From: Candidatus Poribacteria bacterium
Lineage (GTDB): Bacteria; Poribacteria; WGA-4E; WGA-3G
Length of the DNA: 64,000 nucleotides
Reading direction: 5' to 3'
NCBI GenBank assembly: GCA_022821965.1
Contig: JAJECN010000035.1
Span: 7,470-71,469, forward strand
A model generated the notes under the pieces. The model worked only from the letters and a program-made list of their open reading frames with translations, did no database searches and had not been told where the DNA came from. Both the position numbers and the translations under genes were made by a program. This document shows, one piece after another, positions 19,838-29,583 of this stretch (positions are counted from its first letter, which is position 1; every line of letters starts with the position of its first letter).

Positions 19838-19894
19838 TTTTGAATCATGATAAACTACATTATATGGAATTTACTGTGGATTGTCAAGTGCTTA

Positions 19895-19998
19895 TCAGCG
19901 GTCAGTAATCGATAGACGGGGTTTCAAACTTCGCCAGCGAAGAATTTTGAGCGAAAATCGGAATTACGGGACAATGACCTCCGATTACTGACAACTGT
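19895..19998. repeat. Inverted-repeat element enclosing a degenerate REP
   Basis: GTCAGTAATCG (19901) pairs with CGATTACTGAC (19982); internal GACGGGGTTTCAAACTTCGCCAG. Confidence 0.5.
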
Positions 19999-20198
19999 GT
20001 ACGATTATAACTATAGCATAGCAAGTTTCGTGCCGATTTGGCTAATACCGCGCTGATAGGACGCTCTACAGAATAGCCATGAAATTTTGCACAAAATGGG
20101 GCATACTTTCGTTCCGAGTTGCACAAAATAGGGCAGTGCTAACGAACTGTTAATGCTGTGGGTTGTCTATTCTCTACGGAGGCATTCAGCTTTCGGTT

Positions 20199-21104
20199 AT
20201 GTACATCATCGGTATTGATGGCGGCGGGACGAAAACGGTTGGTATACTGACGACAGAAACGGGCCAACACCTCGCGCAAGCACAATCGGGACCAGCAAAT
20301 TACCACGTCGTTGGTGAGGTGAAAACGCGGGAAGTTCTGGAAAGCATCATCAGTAAGCTCTTTGAAAAAGCGGGTATTCCATCAACGAGCCCCATCCGCT
20401 TCTGTTTAGGAATGGCTGGTTTGGGACGTGCCGAAGACCGAAGCGTAATTGGCGGGATTTGTGATAAACTTGGCATCAGCGAGGACCGTATCTTGACACA
20501 CGATGCCCATATCGCTCTTGTCGGTGGTACGGAGAAACAGGAAGGTGTAATCGTCATCTCTGGCACTGGTGCGATTGTCTACGGTATCAACGCTGATGGC
20601 AAAGAAGCACGCGCGAGCGGTTGGGGGTATCTACTCGGCGATGAGGGGAGCGGTTACGACATCGCCATAAAAGGACTCCGCGCTGTTGCGCGTGCCGCTG
20701 ATGGTAGAGATCGTCCGACCGAATTGACAAATCAGATTCTCAGTAGACTTGGACTCAATGCCCCCAGTGAACTGATTCGCTGGGTGCACGCTGCGAGTCG
20801 AGATGCCATTGCACAGTTGGCAGAAATAGTGTTTGATACTGCCCAAACAGCGGATACGGTTGCAGAAGGTATTGTTGATGCGGCTGCTGACGAACTCGTC
20901 TGTGCTGCAGTTAGCGTGATTAAGCAGTTGGAATTTATAGAGCCGTTTGATATTATTCTCAGTGGTGGTAACCTCACTCATCAACCGGCGTTCGCGGATA
21001 AACTGTGCCACCGGTTTGCGAAGGTTCAACCGGAAGCATCAGTACAATTCCCGAAACATGAACCCGCGTACGGGGCAGTGTTGTTAGCACGGGCAACATT
21101 ATAA
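20199..21104 (+). CDS. BadF/BadG-type N-acetylglucosamine/MurNAc kinase
   Basis: IGIDGGGTKT, ISGTG and GWGYLLGDEGSG motifs; adjacent to murQ. Confidence 0.88.
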   Translation: MYIIGIDGGGTKTVGILTTETGQHLAQAQSGPANYHVVGEVKTREVLESIISKLFEKAGIPSTSPIRFCLGMAGLGRAEDRSVIGGICDKLGISEDRILTHDAHIALVGGTEKQEGVIVISGTGAIVYGINADGKEARASGWGYLLGDEGSGYDIAIKGLRAVARAADGRDRPTELTNQILSRLGLNAPSELIRWVHAASRDAIAQLAEIVFDTAQTADTVAEGIVDAAADELVCAAVSVIKQLEFIEPFDIILSGGNLTHQPAFADKLCHRFAKVQPEASVQFPKHEPAYGAVLLARATL

Positions 21105-21111
21105 CTCAAAA

Positions 21112-22014
21112 TTGTCACCAGCGAAGGGACGCATGCAGCCAACAGAAAGTCAAAATCTGGATTCTACGAACATTGATCTGAAGTCAACATCAGAAATCGT
21201 TCAGATTTTTCACGAAGAAGATCGTAAAGCGGTTGCAGCGGTAGAAGCAGAATCTGAGGCAATTGCGCGGGCTATTGAGTTGTGTATCGATGCCTTTCGT
21301 TCTGGTGGGAGGTTGTTTTATGTTGGTGCGGGAACAAGTGGTAGGCTGGGGGTCTTAGATGCCTCCGAGTGTCCACCAACCTTTAGCACACCAGCGGAGA
21401 TGGTCCAAGGGATAATTGCGGGCGGGGACGTTGCTTTGCGTCGCTCGGTAGAGGGTGAGGAGGATAAGCCTGAAAGCGGCGCGAGTGCTGTCCGAGAACG
21501 ACAACTTACCCCGCAGGACGTGATCGTCGGAATTGCGAGTAGTGGTCGGACACCTTATGTTATAGGTGCTTTGAAGGAAGCACACGCTGTCGGTGCGACG
21601 ACGATGTTTCTCTGCTGTGTTCCACCCCCTGAGCAATTAAGGGAGTGGGTAACGCATTTCATCACACCCATCGTCGGACCGGAGATTATCGCAGGTTCCA
21701 CCCGTTTGAAAGCAGGAACAGCCACGAAGTTGGTTCTGAACATGCTGACAACCGTTTCTATGGTCAAACTGGGCAAGGTCTACAACAATCTGATGGTAGA
21801 CGTACACGCCTCTAATACGAAACTGGTCGCGCGGAGTATCCGAATCGTCCAAGCTGTCACCGGAGTAGACGCAGCGGCAGCTGAGGCGGCATTAGCAGAG
21901 GCGGGTGGTCGCGCAAAACTTGCCATTGTGATGCTTACAAAAGGACTGAATCCAACAGACGCAAACGCACTCTTAGAAAAGCATTCTGGATTTCTGAGAC
22001 AAATTCTTGATTAA
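21112..22014 (+). CDS. murQ: N-acetylmuramic acid 6-phosphate etherase
   Basis: GAGTSGRLGVLDASECPPTF and GSTRLKAGTATKLVLNML. The start may be ATG 21133. Confidence 0.96.
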   Translation: MSPAKGRMQPTESQNLDSTNIDLKSTSEIVQIFHEEDRKAVAAVEAESEAIARAIELCIDAFRSGGRLFYVGAGTSGRLGVLDASECPPTFSTPAEMVQGIIAGGDVALRRSVEGEEDKPESGASAVRERQLTPQDVIVGIASSGRTPYVIGALKEAHAVGATTMFLCCVPPPEQLREWVTHFITPIVGPEIIAGSTRLKAGTATKLVLNMLTTVSMVKLGKVYNNLMVDVHASNTKLVARSIRIVQAVTGVDAAAAEAALAEAGGRAKLAIVMLTKGLNPTDANALLEKHSGFLRQILD

Positions 22015-22068
22015 AAGTTACGATCCTTGTAACGTGCCTTTTAGGCGCGCAATTTAAAGGAGAAAGTA

Positions 22069-23019
22069 ATGGGTACCAAAGTTGGGCTTGCCAAAACCGG
22101 CAGGCGACGTTCTAATGTTTTTGAGGCGTTAGACAATATACGAGCGGAACTCACACCGAAGGTCCGTGAGCAGGTGCTGTTGAAACCGAATTTTCTCTCC
22201 AGCACAAATCAACTCGCTTCATCGCACGTTGATGCGATGCGAGGCGCGCTTGATTTCCTCTTGAGCACACCACACCCCCCGAAAGAGGTAATTGTCGCCG
22301 AGGGTGCAAATGAAGCGTTTTCCGGTGAGGCATTCCAGATTTTCGGCTATGAAGCACTACAAGCCGAATACGATGTCCCAATTCGACTCGTGGATTTGCA
22401 TCAAGAGACCGAATGGGTAGAGACGAAAGTTTTTCTCGCCGGACGCGACGAAGAGACCGTCCGCATGCCGAAAACGGTCCTCGATTGCCCTTGTACCATC
22501 TCAGTCGCTATAGCGAAAACGCATGATGCCGGGGTCGTGACGCTCGCGATGAAGAATATGATTATGGGCACCCTGCATAAAGAGGATCGGATTAAAATGC
22601 ACGGCTATCATAGCCACGCAGATCGAGTGCTACCACGCGAAGCACAAACACTCAATATCAACCTGCTTCGTGTCTCGCGCCATCTCAGACCCGATATCGC
22701 TATCGTTGATGGCACTGTTGGATTACAGGGCAATGGACCCGGTGGCACCGACTCTGTCCCTCTCGGCATTGCAGTTGTGAGTGGAGACGTGTTTGCAGCC
22801 GACGCTGTTACGACAAAAGCAATGGGATTTGAGCCGTTGGAGATTGGGCTTTTCCATTATGCGAATGAATTAGGCTACGGTACTGCAGATTTAAATGAGA
22901 TTGACATCGTTGGACCTTCTATTGAGACGGTCGCGACATCGTTTAAACCGCATGAAACGGCTGAACTTCAGTTCCAATGGCAAGAATCAAGCCCAGCGGA
23001 ATATCTGGCGGCAGACTAA
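22069..23019 (+). CDS. DUF362 domain protein
   Basis: VLLKPN, KTH, TLAMKN and DG..GLQGNGP motifs. Confidence 0.85.
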   Translation: MGTKVGLAKTGRRRSNVFEALDNIRAELTPKVREQVLLKPNFLSSTNQLASSHVDAMRGALDFLLSTPHPPKEVIVAEGANEAFSGEAFQIFGYEALQAEYDVPIRLVDLHQETEWVETKVFLAGRDEETVRMPKTVLDCPCTISVAIAKTHDAGVVTLAMKNMIMGTLHKEDRIKMHGYHSHADRVLPREAQTLNINLLRVSRHLRPDIAIVDGTVGLQGNGPGGTDSVPLGIAVVSGDVFAADAVTTKAMGFEPLEIGLFHYANELGYGTADLNEIDIVGPSIETVATSFKPHETAELQFQWQESSPAEYLAAD

Positions 23020-23028
23020 CAATCAACT

Positions 23029-23117
23029 GTAGCCTGCAACAACGGCGCAGGCGGATAGACGGCGATTAACGTCGTTAAACCAACTCACCTGAACGAACCG
23101 CAAGGAAAAATTAAAAT
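23029..23117 (+). promoter_or_regulatory. Conserved structured leader element, copy 2
   Basis: Stems GCCTGC/GCAGGC and GACGGCG/CGTCGTT, then CCTGAACGAACCGCAAGGAAAAATTAAAAT-ATG. Confidence 0.65.
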
Positions 23118-23996
23118 ATGAAACGTTTTTATAGTGCGTTAATTCTGTGTTCACTCATTCTCACGACCCCGGTATGGGCATGGTGGGGCGGTGGCCACGA
23201 TATCATGACACAGGCAGCCGTTAAATCACTCCCTGATGAAGTCCCCGAATTTTTCCGAAACGCCGGTAAAATGGTCGCTCACTGCTCTTATGACCCTGAT
23301 CTATCTAAGGAGCGAGGCACGCCACACGCACGGCAAGCCGAATACGGAGAACACTATATCGATGTAGAGCTCTTCGGAGAACATCCGATTCCAGACGGAC
23401 GTGAAGCGCATATTCAGCTATGTGCCGAACTCGGATTTACACCGCGAGAAGTCGGTACACTTCCGTATGCCTTGGCGGAATGGACAGAACGACTGGCATT
23501 CGCTTTCGCTGAGCACCGTAAATGGCCCGATAATCCGATGATCCAGTACAAGTGTTTCCTCTATGCAGGTTTCCTCGCACACTACGCACAAGATATGTGC
23601 CAACCGTTGCACCTCACTATTCATTTTGACGGGATTCGGCAGGAGGACGGGACACGTCTACATAAAGGCATCCATGAGAAGGTCGATTCAGCAATTGAGA
23701 TCTTGGGATTGGACCCGATGGAACTCACAAAAGCACAACACATTGAACCCGTCGGTGATTTAATGCCCGCAATCATCGAACAGATCAAAACCGGACACAG
23801 TTTGGTAGACGATGTTTACGCAATCGCGGAAGATTGGAAAAACCTGAAAGATCCAACACCTGCCTTGGTTGATTTTACGAATGACCAGGCACGTGAAGCC
23901 GTGCGTTGGACAGCTTCGCTCTATTTGACTGCGTGGAAACTCTCCGAAGGGATCAGGCTTCCCGGTTGGCTTGACCGCGCAAAAAATGACCAATAA
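23118..23996 (+). CDS. Secreted S1/P1 nuclease or zinc phospholipase C-like protein
   Basis: Signal peptide followed by W-W-G-G-G-H; DPD, HYID, HYAQDMCQPLH and HEKVD zinc-ligand motifs. Confidence 0.8.
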   Translation: MKRFYSALILCSLILTTPVWAWWGGGHDIMTQAAVKSLPDEVPEFFRNAGKMVAHCSYDPDLSKERGTPHARQAEYGEHYIDVELFGEHPIPDGREAHIQLCAELGFTPREVGTLPYALAEWTERLAFAFAEHRKWPDNPMIQYKCFLYAGFLAHYAQDMCQPLHLTIHFDGIRQEDGTRLHKGIHEKVDSAIEILGLDPMELTKAQHIEPVGDLMPAIIEQIKTGHSLVDDVYAIAEDWKNLKDPTPALVDFTNDQAREAVRWTASLYLTAWKLSEGIRLPGWLDRAKNDQ

Positions 23997-24025
23997 CCGA
24001 CAACTCTTAAAAAGGAGAAATAACT

Positions 24026-25417
24026 TTGTTACAACAGTGGAAACCTGACCCAACTTTTTATCCGTCCCCCAAAATGGCGATTGAGGCACCTATTGAAGAT
24101 GTCGCTTATGTCGCCGCACCGAGAGATGACGACAAACCCGACGCGATGTGTGTGGTTGACCTTAACTCAGCATCTGATACCTACGGACAGATCGTTAACA
24201 AATTGGAACTCGGCGTTCGGGACGAAATTCATCACTTCGGTTGGAACGCCTGTAGTGCAGCACTCTGTCCTTATGCCCCGCACCCTTATATAGAACGGCG
24301 TTACCTCGTCGTGCCAGCACTACGGGGTTCCAGTATCTACATCCTTGATGTGAAAGAAGACCCCAAGGCACCGAAACTCATTAAAACTTTGGACGCTAAT
24401 GAAGTTGAGTCGCGTTCTGGATATACTCGTCCGCATACGGTGCATTGTGGTCCCGAAGGGATCTATGTCAGTGCTTTGGCTTCAGCCGGTTCAGAGGAAG
24501 GACCTGGTGGTATTTTCCTCATGGATCACTATAACTTCAATATCCTGGGGCAGTGGGAAGTAGAGCGCGGTTCTCAATCCCTCTCTTACGATTTCTGGTG
24601 GCACTTGGGCTATGATGTTGCCGTCACCAGTGAATGGGGATATCCGGCAATGATTGAGAACGGTGTGAGCCTTGAAGATTTAGGTGAGCGCAAGTTCGGA
24701 CATAAGATCCATATCTGGGATATCCGACACCGGAAGAACATCCAAACGTTGGATTTGGGGGACGACTATCAGATGATCTTAGAGTTACGTCCCGCGCACG
24801 ATCCAACAAAGGCACATGGGTTCGTCAATGCAGTGTTGAATATGAACGATCTCTCCAGTTCAATTTGGACGTGGTACAAAGATGGAAACGATTGGGGAAT
24901 TCAAAAGATTATTGATATTCCCGCACAGGCACCTGAAAATCCAGATGACTTACCTCCGGCATTGAAGGATATCGGAATGATACCGCCGCTCGTCACCGAT
25001 CATATTCTCTCGTTGGACGACCGGTTTCTGTATGTCTCTTGCTGGGGTACCGGTGAGATGTTACAATATGACGTATCTGATCCGTTTAATCCCAAACATA
25101 CAGGTACTCTCGAAATCGGCGGAATTACAAAATCGCATCCGCACCCAGCTGCTGGACCCGTAAGTGGCGGTCCACAGATGGTTGAATTGAGCCGAGATGG
25201 CAAGCGTCTCTATTTCACCAATTCCCTCTACGTCGCGTGGGATAACCAGTTCTATCCCGACGGCGCAAACGGATGGATGGTGAAGGCTGATGTGAACGTG
25301 GAAGACGGCGGGTTGGAATTGGATCCCAACTTCTTCGTGGACTTCGGCGAGAGTCGTGCCCATCAGATTCGGTTGCAAGGTGGCGACAGTTCTTCTGATA
25401 CTTTCTGTTATCCGTAA
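24026..25417 (+). CDS. Selenium-binding protein SBP56 / methanethiol oxidase family
   Basis: DEIHHFGWNACS, PHTVHC, YDFWW, GGPQMVELSRDGKRLY, TNSLY..WDNQFYP and GGDSSSD motifs; TTG start after AAGGAG. Confidence 0.93.
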   Translation: MLQQWKPDPTFYPSPKMAIEAPIEDVAYVAAPRDDDKPDAMCVVDLNSASDTYGQIVNKLELGVRDEIHHFGWNACSAALCPYAPHPYIERRYLVVPALRGSSIYILDVKEDPKAPKLIKTLDANEVESRSGYTRPHTVHCGPEGIYVSALASAGSEEGPGGIFLMDHYNFNILGQWEVERGSQSLSYDFWWHLGYDVAVTSEWGYPAMIENGVSLEDLGERKFGHKIHIWDIRHRKNIQTLDLGDDYQMILELRPAHDPTKAHGFVNAVLNMNDLSSSIWTWYKDGNDWGIQKIIDIPAQAPENPDDLPPALKDIGMIPPLVTDHILSLDDRFLYVSCWGTGEMLQYDVSDPFNPKHTGTLEIGGITKSHPHPAAGPVSGGPQMVELSRDGKRLYFTNSLYVAWDNQFYPDGANGWMVKADVNVEDGGLELDPNFFVDFGESRAHQIRLQGGDSSSDTFCYP

Positions 25418-25446
25418 AACGTGAAGGAAAAACGACAAGATAGAAG

Positions 25447-25478
25447 AAAGGGGCTATTGCCTGCAATAGCCCCTTTTT
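25447..25478. terminator. Intrinsic terminator
   Basis: AAAGGGGCTATTGC-ct-GCAATAGCCCCTTTTT. Confidence 0.8.
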
Positions 25479-25487
25479 AACGCAATT

Positions 25488-25576
25488 CAAGCCTTCAACA
25501 ACGTTGAAGGTGCATCTACGGCGAGGGATCCCGTTTAAGGAATTCGCCTGAACGCCTCGTTAGGAAAATTAAAAAT
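25488..25576 (+). promoter_or_regulatory. Conserved structured leader element, copy 3
   Basis: GCCTTCAAC/GTTGAAGGT stem, ACGG/CCGT stem, then CCTGAACG...AGGAAAATTAAAAAT-ATG. Confidence 0.6.
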
Positions 25577-26218
25577 ATGGACACTGTCTCATGGTTGGGT
25601 TACACGCTCCTCGGCGTATATCACGGCATTAATCCGGGGATGGGATGGCTTTTTGCAGTCGCTTTAGGCATGCAGGAAAAACGGAGAAGCGCGGTTATCG
25701 GTGCCCTTTTTCCAATGGCACTTGGACACGCAATATCCATCGCGGTCGTGGTTTTCATTATCGCCTTGGCACAACGGCAGTTGCCGGAAGATGTTCTTCG
25801 CATTGCCTGTGCTGTCATACTGTTCGGCTTTGGTGTGTACAAATTTTTCAGCGCGCGACACCCGAGATGGGTCGGAATGCGTGTTAACTTCAAAGACTTA
25901 ACGATCTGGTCCTTCCTGATGGCATCCGCACATGGCGCGGGCTTGATGTTGGCACCGCTTTTGTTGAGAACGCCTGCTGCGGAGGCTTCAGGGCACATGC
26001 ACCACGCACATGCAAGCATGGCGGGTGACGCTGCGATGTTATTATCAGCAGTCGGGGTACATACCCTCAGTTTTCTCCTTGTAACGGGAATTGTAGCGGT
26101 TATCGTTTACGAAGTGGTAGGACTTGCGCTGCTTCGCAAGGCGTGGTTTAACATGGATTTGCTGTGGTCCATCGCTTTGATGATTGCCGGTGTTGTTATT
26201 CTTTTCTGGAAGCATTAG
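25577..26218 (+). CDS. Membrane protein next to the SBP56 gene
   Basis: LGVYHGINPGMGWLFAVALG and SAHGAGLM motifs, His-rich loop and about 6 TM helices. Confidence 0.8.
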   Translation: MDTVSWLGYTLLGVYHGINPGMGWLFAVALGMQEKRRSAVIGALFPMALGHAISIAVVVFIIALAQRQLPEDVLRIACAVILFGFGVYKFFSARHPRWVGMRVNFKDLTIWSFLMASAHGAGLMLAPLLLRTPAAEASGHMHHAHASMAGDAAMLLSAVGVHTLSFLLVTGIVAVIVYEVVGLALLRKAWFNMDLLWSIALMIAGVVILFWKH

Positions 26219-26816
26219 AAGAAACTAAGTTTTCTGCCTTAATCTGTGCCGGGAGCAACTTAACCCCGTATTTCTCTTGCAATGCGCGCAGGTCGGCGAA
26301 GTCTGTGTCTGTTAGCGTATATCCAGTGTGTGAACGCACCTGGTAATCTACTGATAGACACCGTACTTTCCGTCCTCCGATAGTACCTATAGCACTCAGC
26401 TCCGATTCGGTGATGATCCAATCAATTTCCCCTGGACCGTAGATCGCGCCCCCATCTTCAGTCCGTTCAATCACATGAAAGTCAATCTTTCCGTGCAATC
26501 GGTGTCCCATCACGAAGTTTCGATCTTTACGGTCGTCGGTATGGATGTCAACAAAGCCGTGCGCGAAGAGTGCCTTGGTTAGAACTGCTGAATCTTCCCA
26601 TGAGATAATAATATCCAGGTCTTGGTGCTTCCGAGTACACTCACCTAATAAGGCATCAACACCCCATCCACCGTCAATCCAGACTTCGATACCGAGTTCA
26701 TCAAAGAGATCAAGGAACCAGTGAACTTTGTCAGCGGTCATAAGATTTTTGCATTCACAATCAGTGAATGCGTTAATTGTTTCCATACATAACATATAAC
26801 TTATAGTTATGCTCAT
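26196..26816 (-). CDS. Lincosamide/aminoglycoside nucleotidyltransferase-like protein
   Basis: WIDGGWGVDALLG..TRKHQDLD and IDFH motifs. The true start may be MTADK at 26738. Confidence 0.85.
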   Translation of the reverse strand: MSITISYMLCMETINAFTDCECKNLMTADKVHWFLDLFDELGIEVWIDGGWGVDALLGECTRKHQDLDIIISWEDSAVLTKALFAHGFVDIHTDDRKDRNFVMGHRLHGKIDFHVIERTEDGGAIYGPGEIDWIITESELSAIGTIGGRKVRCLSVDYQVRSHTGYTLTDTDFADLRALQEKYGVKLLPAQIKAENLVSSNASRKE

Positions 26817-26827
26817 GCAATTATCAC

Positions 26828-27103
26828 CTATGATGATTCGATCGATTGGAGGCGTTCAGCTAACCACAAGTTAACTAAGGTTTCGGGTAAGACCCCCTGT
26901 ACCCTTGCCTGCTTCTCAATCTTTTCATAGATATCTGGTGTAAGCGTTATACGGCATCTTCGCTGCATCCGCACCTCAAAATTAACTTCCTGTGTTTCAT
27001 CCCAATGGTCAGCCAAGCTATGCGTATCCCAGAAATCAGCTATCTCTTCTAAAGTTTTCGCTTTAGATATACTGGTAACTTGTTCATCTTTATTTTCTTT
27101 CAT
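26828..27103 (-). CDS. BrnA/CopG-like antitoxin
   Basis: EEIADFWDTHSLADHW motif; overlaps the upstream toxin gene. Confidence 0.8.
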   Translation of the reverse strand: MKENKDEQVTSISKAKTLEEIADFWDTHSLADHWDETQEVNFEVRMQRRCRITLTPDIYEKIEKQARVQGVLPETLVNLWLAERLQSIESS

Positions 27104-27389
27104 ATCTTCTTCTCTCCTTTTGATCCATGTCGCGCGCACTCAAAATGAGTGCAAGATTGTTCGGTTTCTGAATGAAGAATACAATCAAATAGCGTCCAGC
27201 ATCCGTCTGTCCAGCGGCAGAATACACATCTTCCCCTTTTCTATATCCTGATTCAACAAAACGGTATTTCGGACGGTTGAAAAATATCTCTTCAACTTCC
27301 TTTTGTGTAACATGATGTTTGACAAAAAGTTTAACCAAAATATCAGGCAGCCAGATGCAATCCTCAATATACATGTCGATTGGACTCAC
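27090..27389 (-). CDS. BrnT-family toxin
   Basis: KHHVTQKEVEE, GQTDAGRYLIVFF and ILSARDMDQKERRRY motifs. Confidence 0.88.
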   Translation of the reverse strand: MSPIDMYIEDCIWLPDILVKLFVKHHVTQKEVEEIFFNRPKYRFVESGYRKGEDVYSAAGQTDAGRYLIVFFIQKPNNLALILSARDMDQKERRRYERK

Positions 27390-27633
27390 TTAATCAACCA
27401 AGGTTTCCGGTGGTTCAAAGATATTCGGCTATTCAGAGTCTATATCCTTATTGGTGAACTGTCTATCTTAAAATTGCGGGTTAGGTTTTACGAATATCTC
27501 AACATTTTTCGATAGGAGCGATCCTTCTATCGCGGCTTTCAACCACAATCTTGGACTGGACAATCCATTAGTATAGGGGACTCAGGTCGAATATTCAACG
27601 ATTTTTCTCTCTATGGATTATATGAAATCTATG

Positions 27634-28197
27634 TCAGAGTGTCTTCAACGCGGCTTCATACTTGTCTCTAACGAGGTCTTGAACATCTTCTCGTAACTTC
27701 TGCCAACTCCGTTGTAGTTTTGCCTTAACCCACGTTTTTCCGTCATCGATTCCCATTCCATGATGAACATAAGCCAAGTATAAAAGCGAAGGAGTTTGTT
27801 CAATATGCGACAGCGCATCGGCATTGGCAAGGCACTCTCCCTCCGCACTCCGATGCTCAACTGTCACACTTGCGCGATGTGTCGCGATAGCGTCCTTGAC
27901 AGCTTCCGTTTTTTCTTCTGGATAGCCGAAACGCTTAAGGAGTTTTTCCGCTTCAATCGGACCGTGAATGTGATGATCCGCGTAGAGTGCTTTGTCTTTT
28001 ATGCTGGCGTAATCATGAAGTAACGCAGCGAGTTCGACGATTTCGAGGTCAGCATTAAAGCGTGGGGCGAGTTGTTTTGCGTTTTGAACCACTGGTAGGA
28101 TGTGATGAGTCCAAATGTCATAACCGAAAATGTTGGTGTCAGCAGCACAAGCCTGTTCAACAATTTCCACAATTCTGTTTCTTATAGTTTCAATCAC
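27634..28197 (-). CDS. HD-domain protein
   Basis: THHI...AALLHDY...H...NADA. Confidence 0.85.
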   Translation of the reverse strand: MIETIRNRIVEIVEQACAADTNIFGYDIWTHHILPVVQNAKQLAPRFNADLEIVELAALLHDYASIKDKALYADHHIHGPIEAEKLLKRFGYPEEKTEAVKDAIATHRASVTVEHRSAEGECLANADALSHIEQTPSLLYLAYVHHGMGIDDGKTWVKAKLQRSWQKLREDVQDLVRDKYEAALKTL

Positions 28198-28307
28198 GGA
28201 GCGTTCCTTTTTTAGATATGAGCTTACAAATCGTTTTCAGCAATATTAAGAATACCACAAAACTGAAACTTAGACAATTGAAAGTTGTGTCTTCCGAAAC
28301 GAAACAC

Positions 28308-28336
28308 TTGCTTTTTTTTCCTAACTGTGCTATAAT
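28308..28336 (+). promoter_or_regulatory. Sigma70-like promoter
   Basis: TTGCTT-N17-TATAAT with an extended -10 TG. Confidence 0.55.
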
Positions 28337-28443
28337 TTCTTCGGTTTACACAAGACTTTGATTCCTCTTCTTAATATGGGCTTGAAAACAACGCCCTTAA
28401 ATTGAAACTATCAAGCTGCACCCAAAAAGGAGAACCTTATTTA

Positions 28444-29529
28444 ATGAACCTATATGGAACAACGTATGACAGAATGCAACTGCTTCGTCACGTTGGAGAT
28501 GTGTCACAAATTGCCCATGCCAAAATGTACCAGCTGACAGATGGCAACGAAAAGGGTGTTGACGCAATCGACTTCCGAACAGGTAGCGGTCTTAACTTCA
28601 CTGTACTGCCAAGTCGAGGGTTAGATATCTCTTATGCGGAGTATCAGGGTGTTCCCCTTTGTTGGCGTTCAAGTACGGGTGATGTCAATCCCGCGCATTA
28701 TGAACCCGAAGGACTCGGCTGGCTACGGGGTTTTTACGGTGGCTTGCTGACAACTTGTGGGATGCGGCAAGTCGGCGTGCCGAATGAAGATGACGATGAG
28801 GCATTAGGGCTTCACGGCAGAGTCTCATATACCCCAGCAAAAAATGTTTGGGTCGACAGCCGGTGGGAAGGACAACGCTACATGCTATGGGCGCAAGGCA
28901 GGGTTAAAGAGACCGCTGCTCTGGGCGAAAACCTCTCCCGCACCCGTAGAATTTGGACGGAGTTAGGTTCGCGGACGTTGCATGTTGAGGATATTGTCGA
29001 GAACTTGGGATACCACGATTCACCACACATGTACCTCTTCCATATTAATGTTGGATTTCCAATCCTTACGCAGGACAGCGAACTGCTTGCACCCTCCTCA
29101 CAGGTCACACCACGGGACGAACACGCTGCCGCAAACTTGAATAATTACAATCTCTGCGACCCGCCAACTGTTGATTTCCAAGAGCAGGTTTTCTACCACG
29201 AAATGGAACCCGATGTTGATAATCACATCCACGTCGCGCTTGTAAACAGAAATTTTAACAATGGACAAGGCATCGGGGTATCGGTACGCTACCACAAAAC
29301 GCAATTTCCACGTTTTGTCCAGTGGAAAATGTGTGGCGAAGGCACCTATGTCCTCGGCTTGGAACCGTCGAATTGTGGTGTAGAGGGTAGGGCAAAAGAA
29401 CGTGAACAGGGTGCCCTACAGTATATTGAACCCGGCGGACGCAGACACTATGAAGTTGAAATCGGTGTATTAACCTCCAACGAGGAGATTGACGCGCTTC
29501 AAGAAAAAATTACACAAACCCAAAATTGA
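28444..29529 (+). CDS. Aldose 1-epimerase-like protein (DUF4432)
   Basis: RGLDI, GGLLTTCG, LHGR, HINVGFP and YVLGLEP motifs. Confidence 0.85.
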   Translation: MNLYGTTYDRMQLLRHVGDVSQIAHAKMYQLTDGNEKGVDAIDFRTGSGLNFTVLPSRGLDISYAEYQGVPLCWRSSTGDVNPAHYEPEGLGWLRGFYGGLLTTCGMRQVGVPNEDDDEALGLHGRVSYTPAKNVWVDSRWEGQRYMLWAQGRVKETAALGENLSRTRRIWTELGSRTLHVEDIVENLGYHDSPHMYLFHINVGFPILTQDSELLAPSSQVTPRDEHAAANLNNYNLCDPPTVDFQEQVFYHEMEPDVDNHIHVALVNRNFNNGQGIGVSVRYHKTQFPRFVQWKMCGEGTYVLGLEPSNCGVEGRAKEREQGALQYIEPGGRRHYEVEIGVLTSNEEIDALQEKITQTQN

Positions 29530-29583
29530 TACGACTAATTGAGTGAGGACGTACCGATAGGTTGTCCCATGTCTTAGGAGAAA

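Noticed and set aside
24026-25417. Functional link between the 'selenium-binding protein' and the candidate selenoprotein
   Set aside because: They are 30 kb apart, and the SBP56 name does not imply a role in Sec metabolism.
27390-27470. Possible pseudogene fragment upstream of brnT
   Set aside because: It is too short and has no recognisable family motif.
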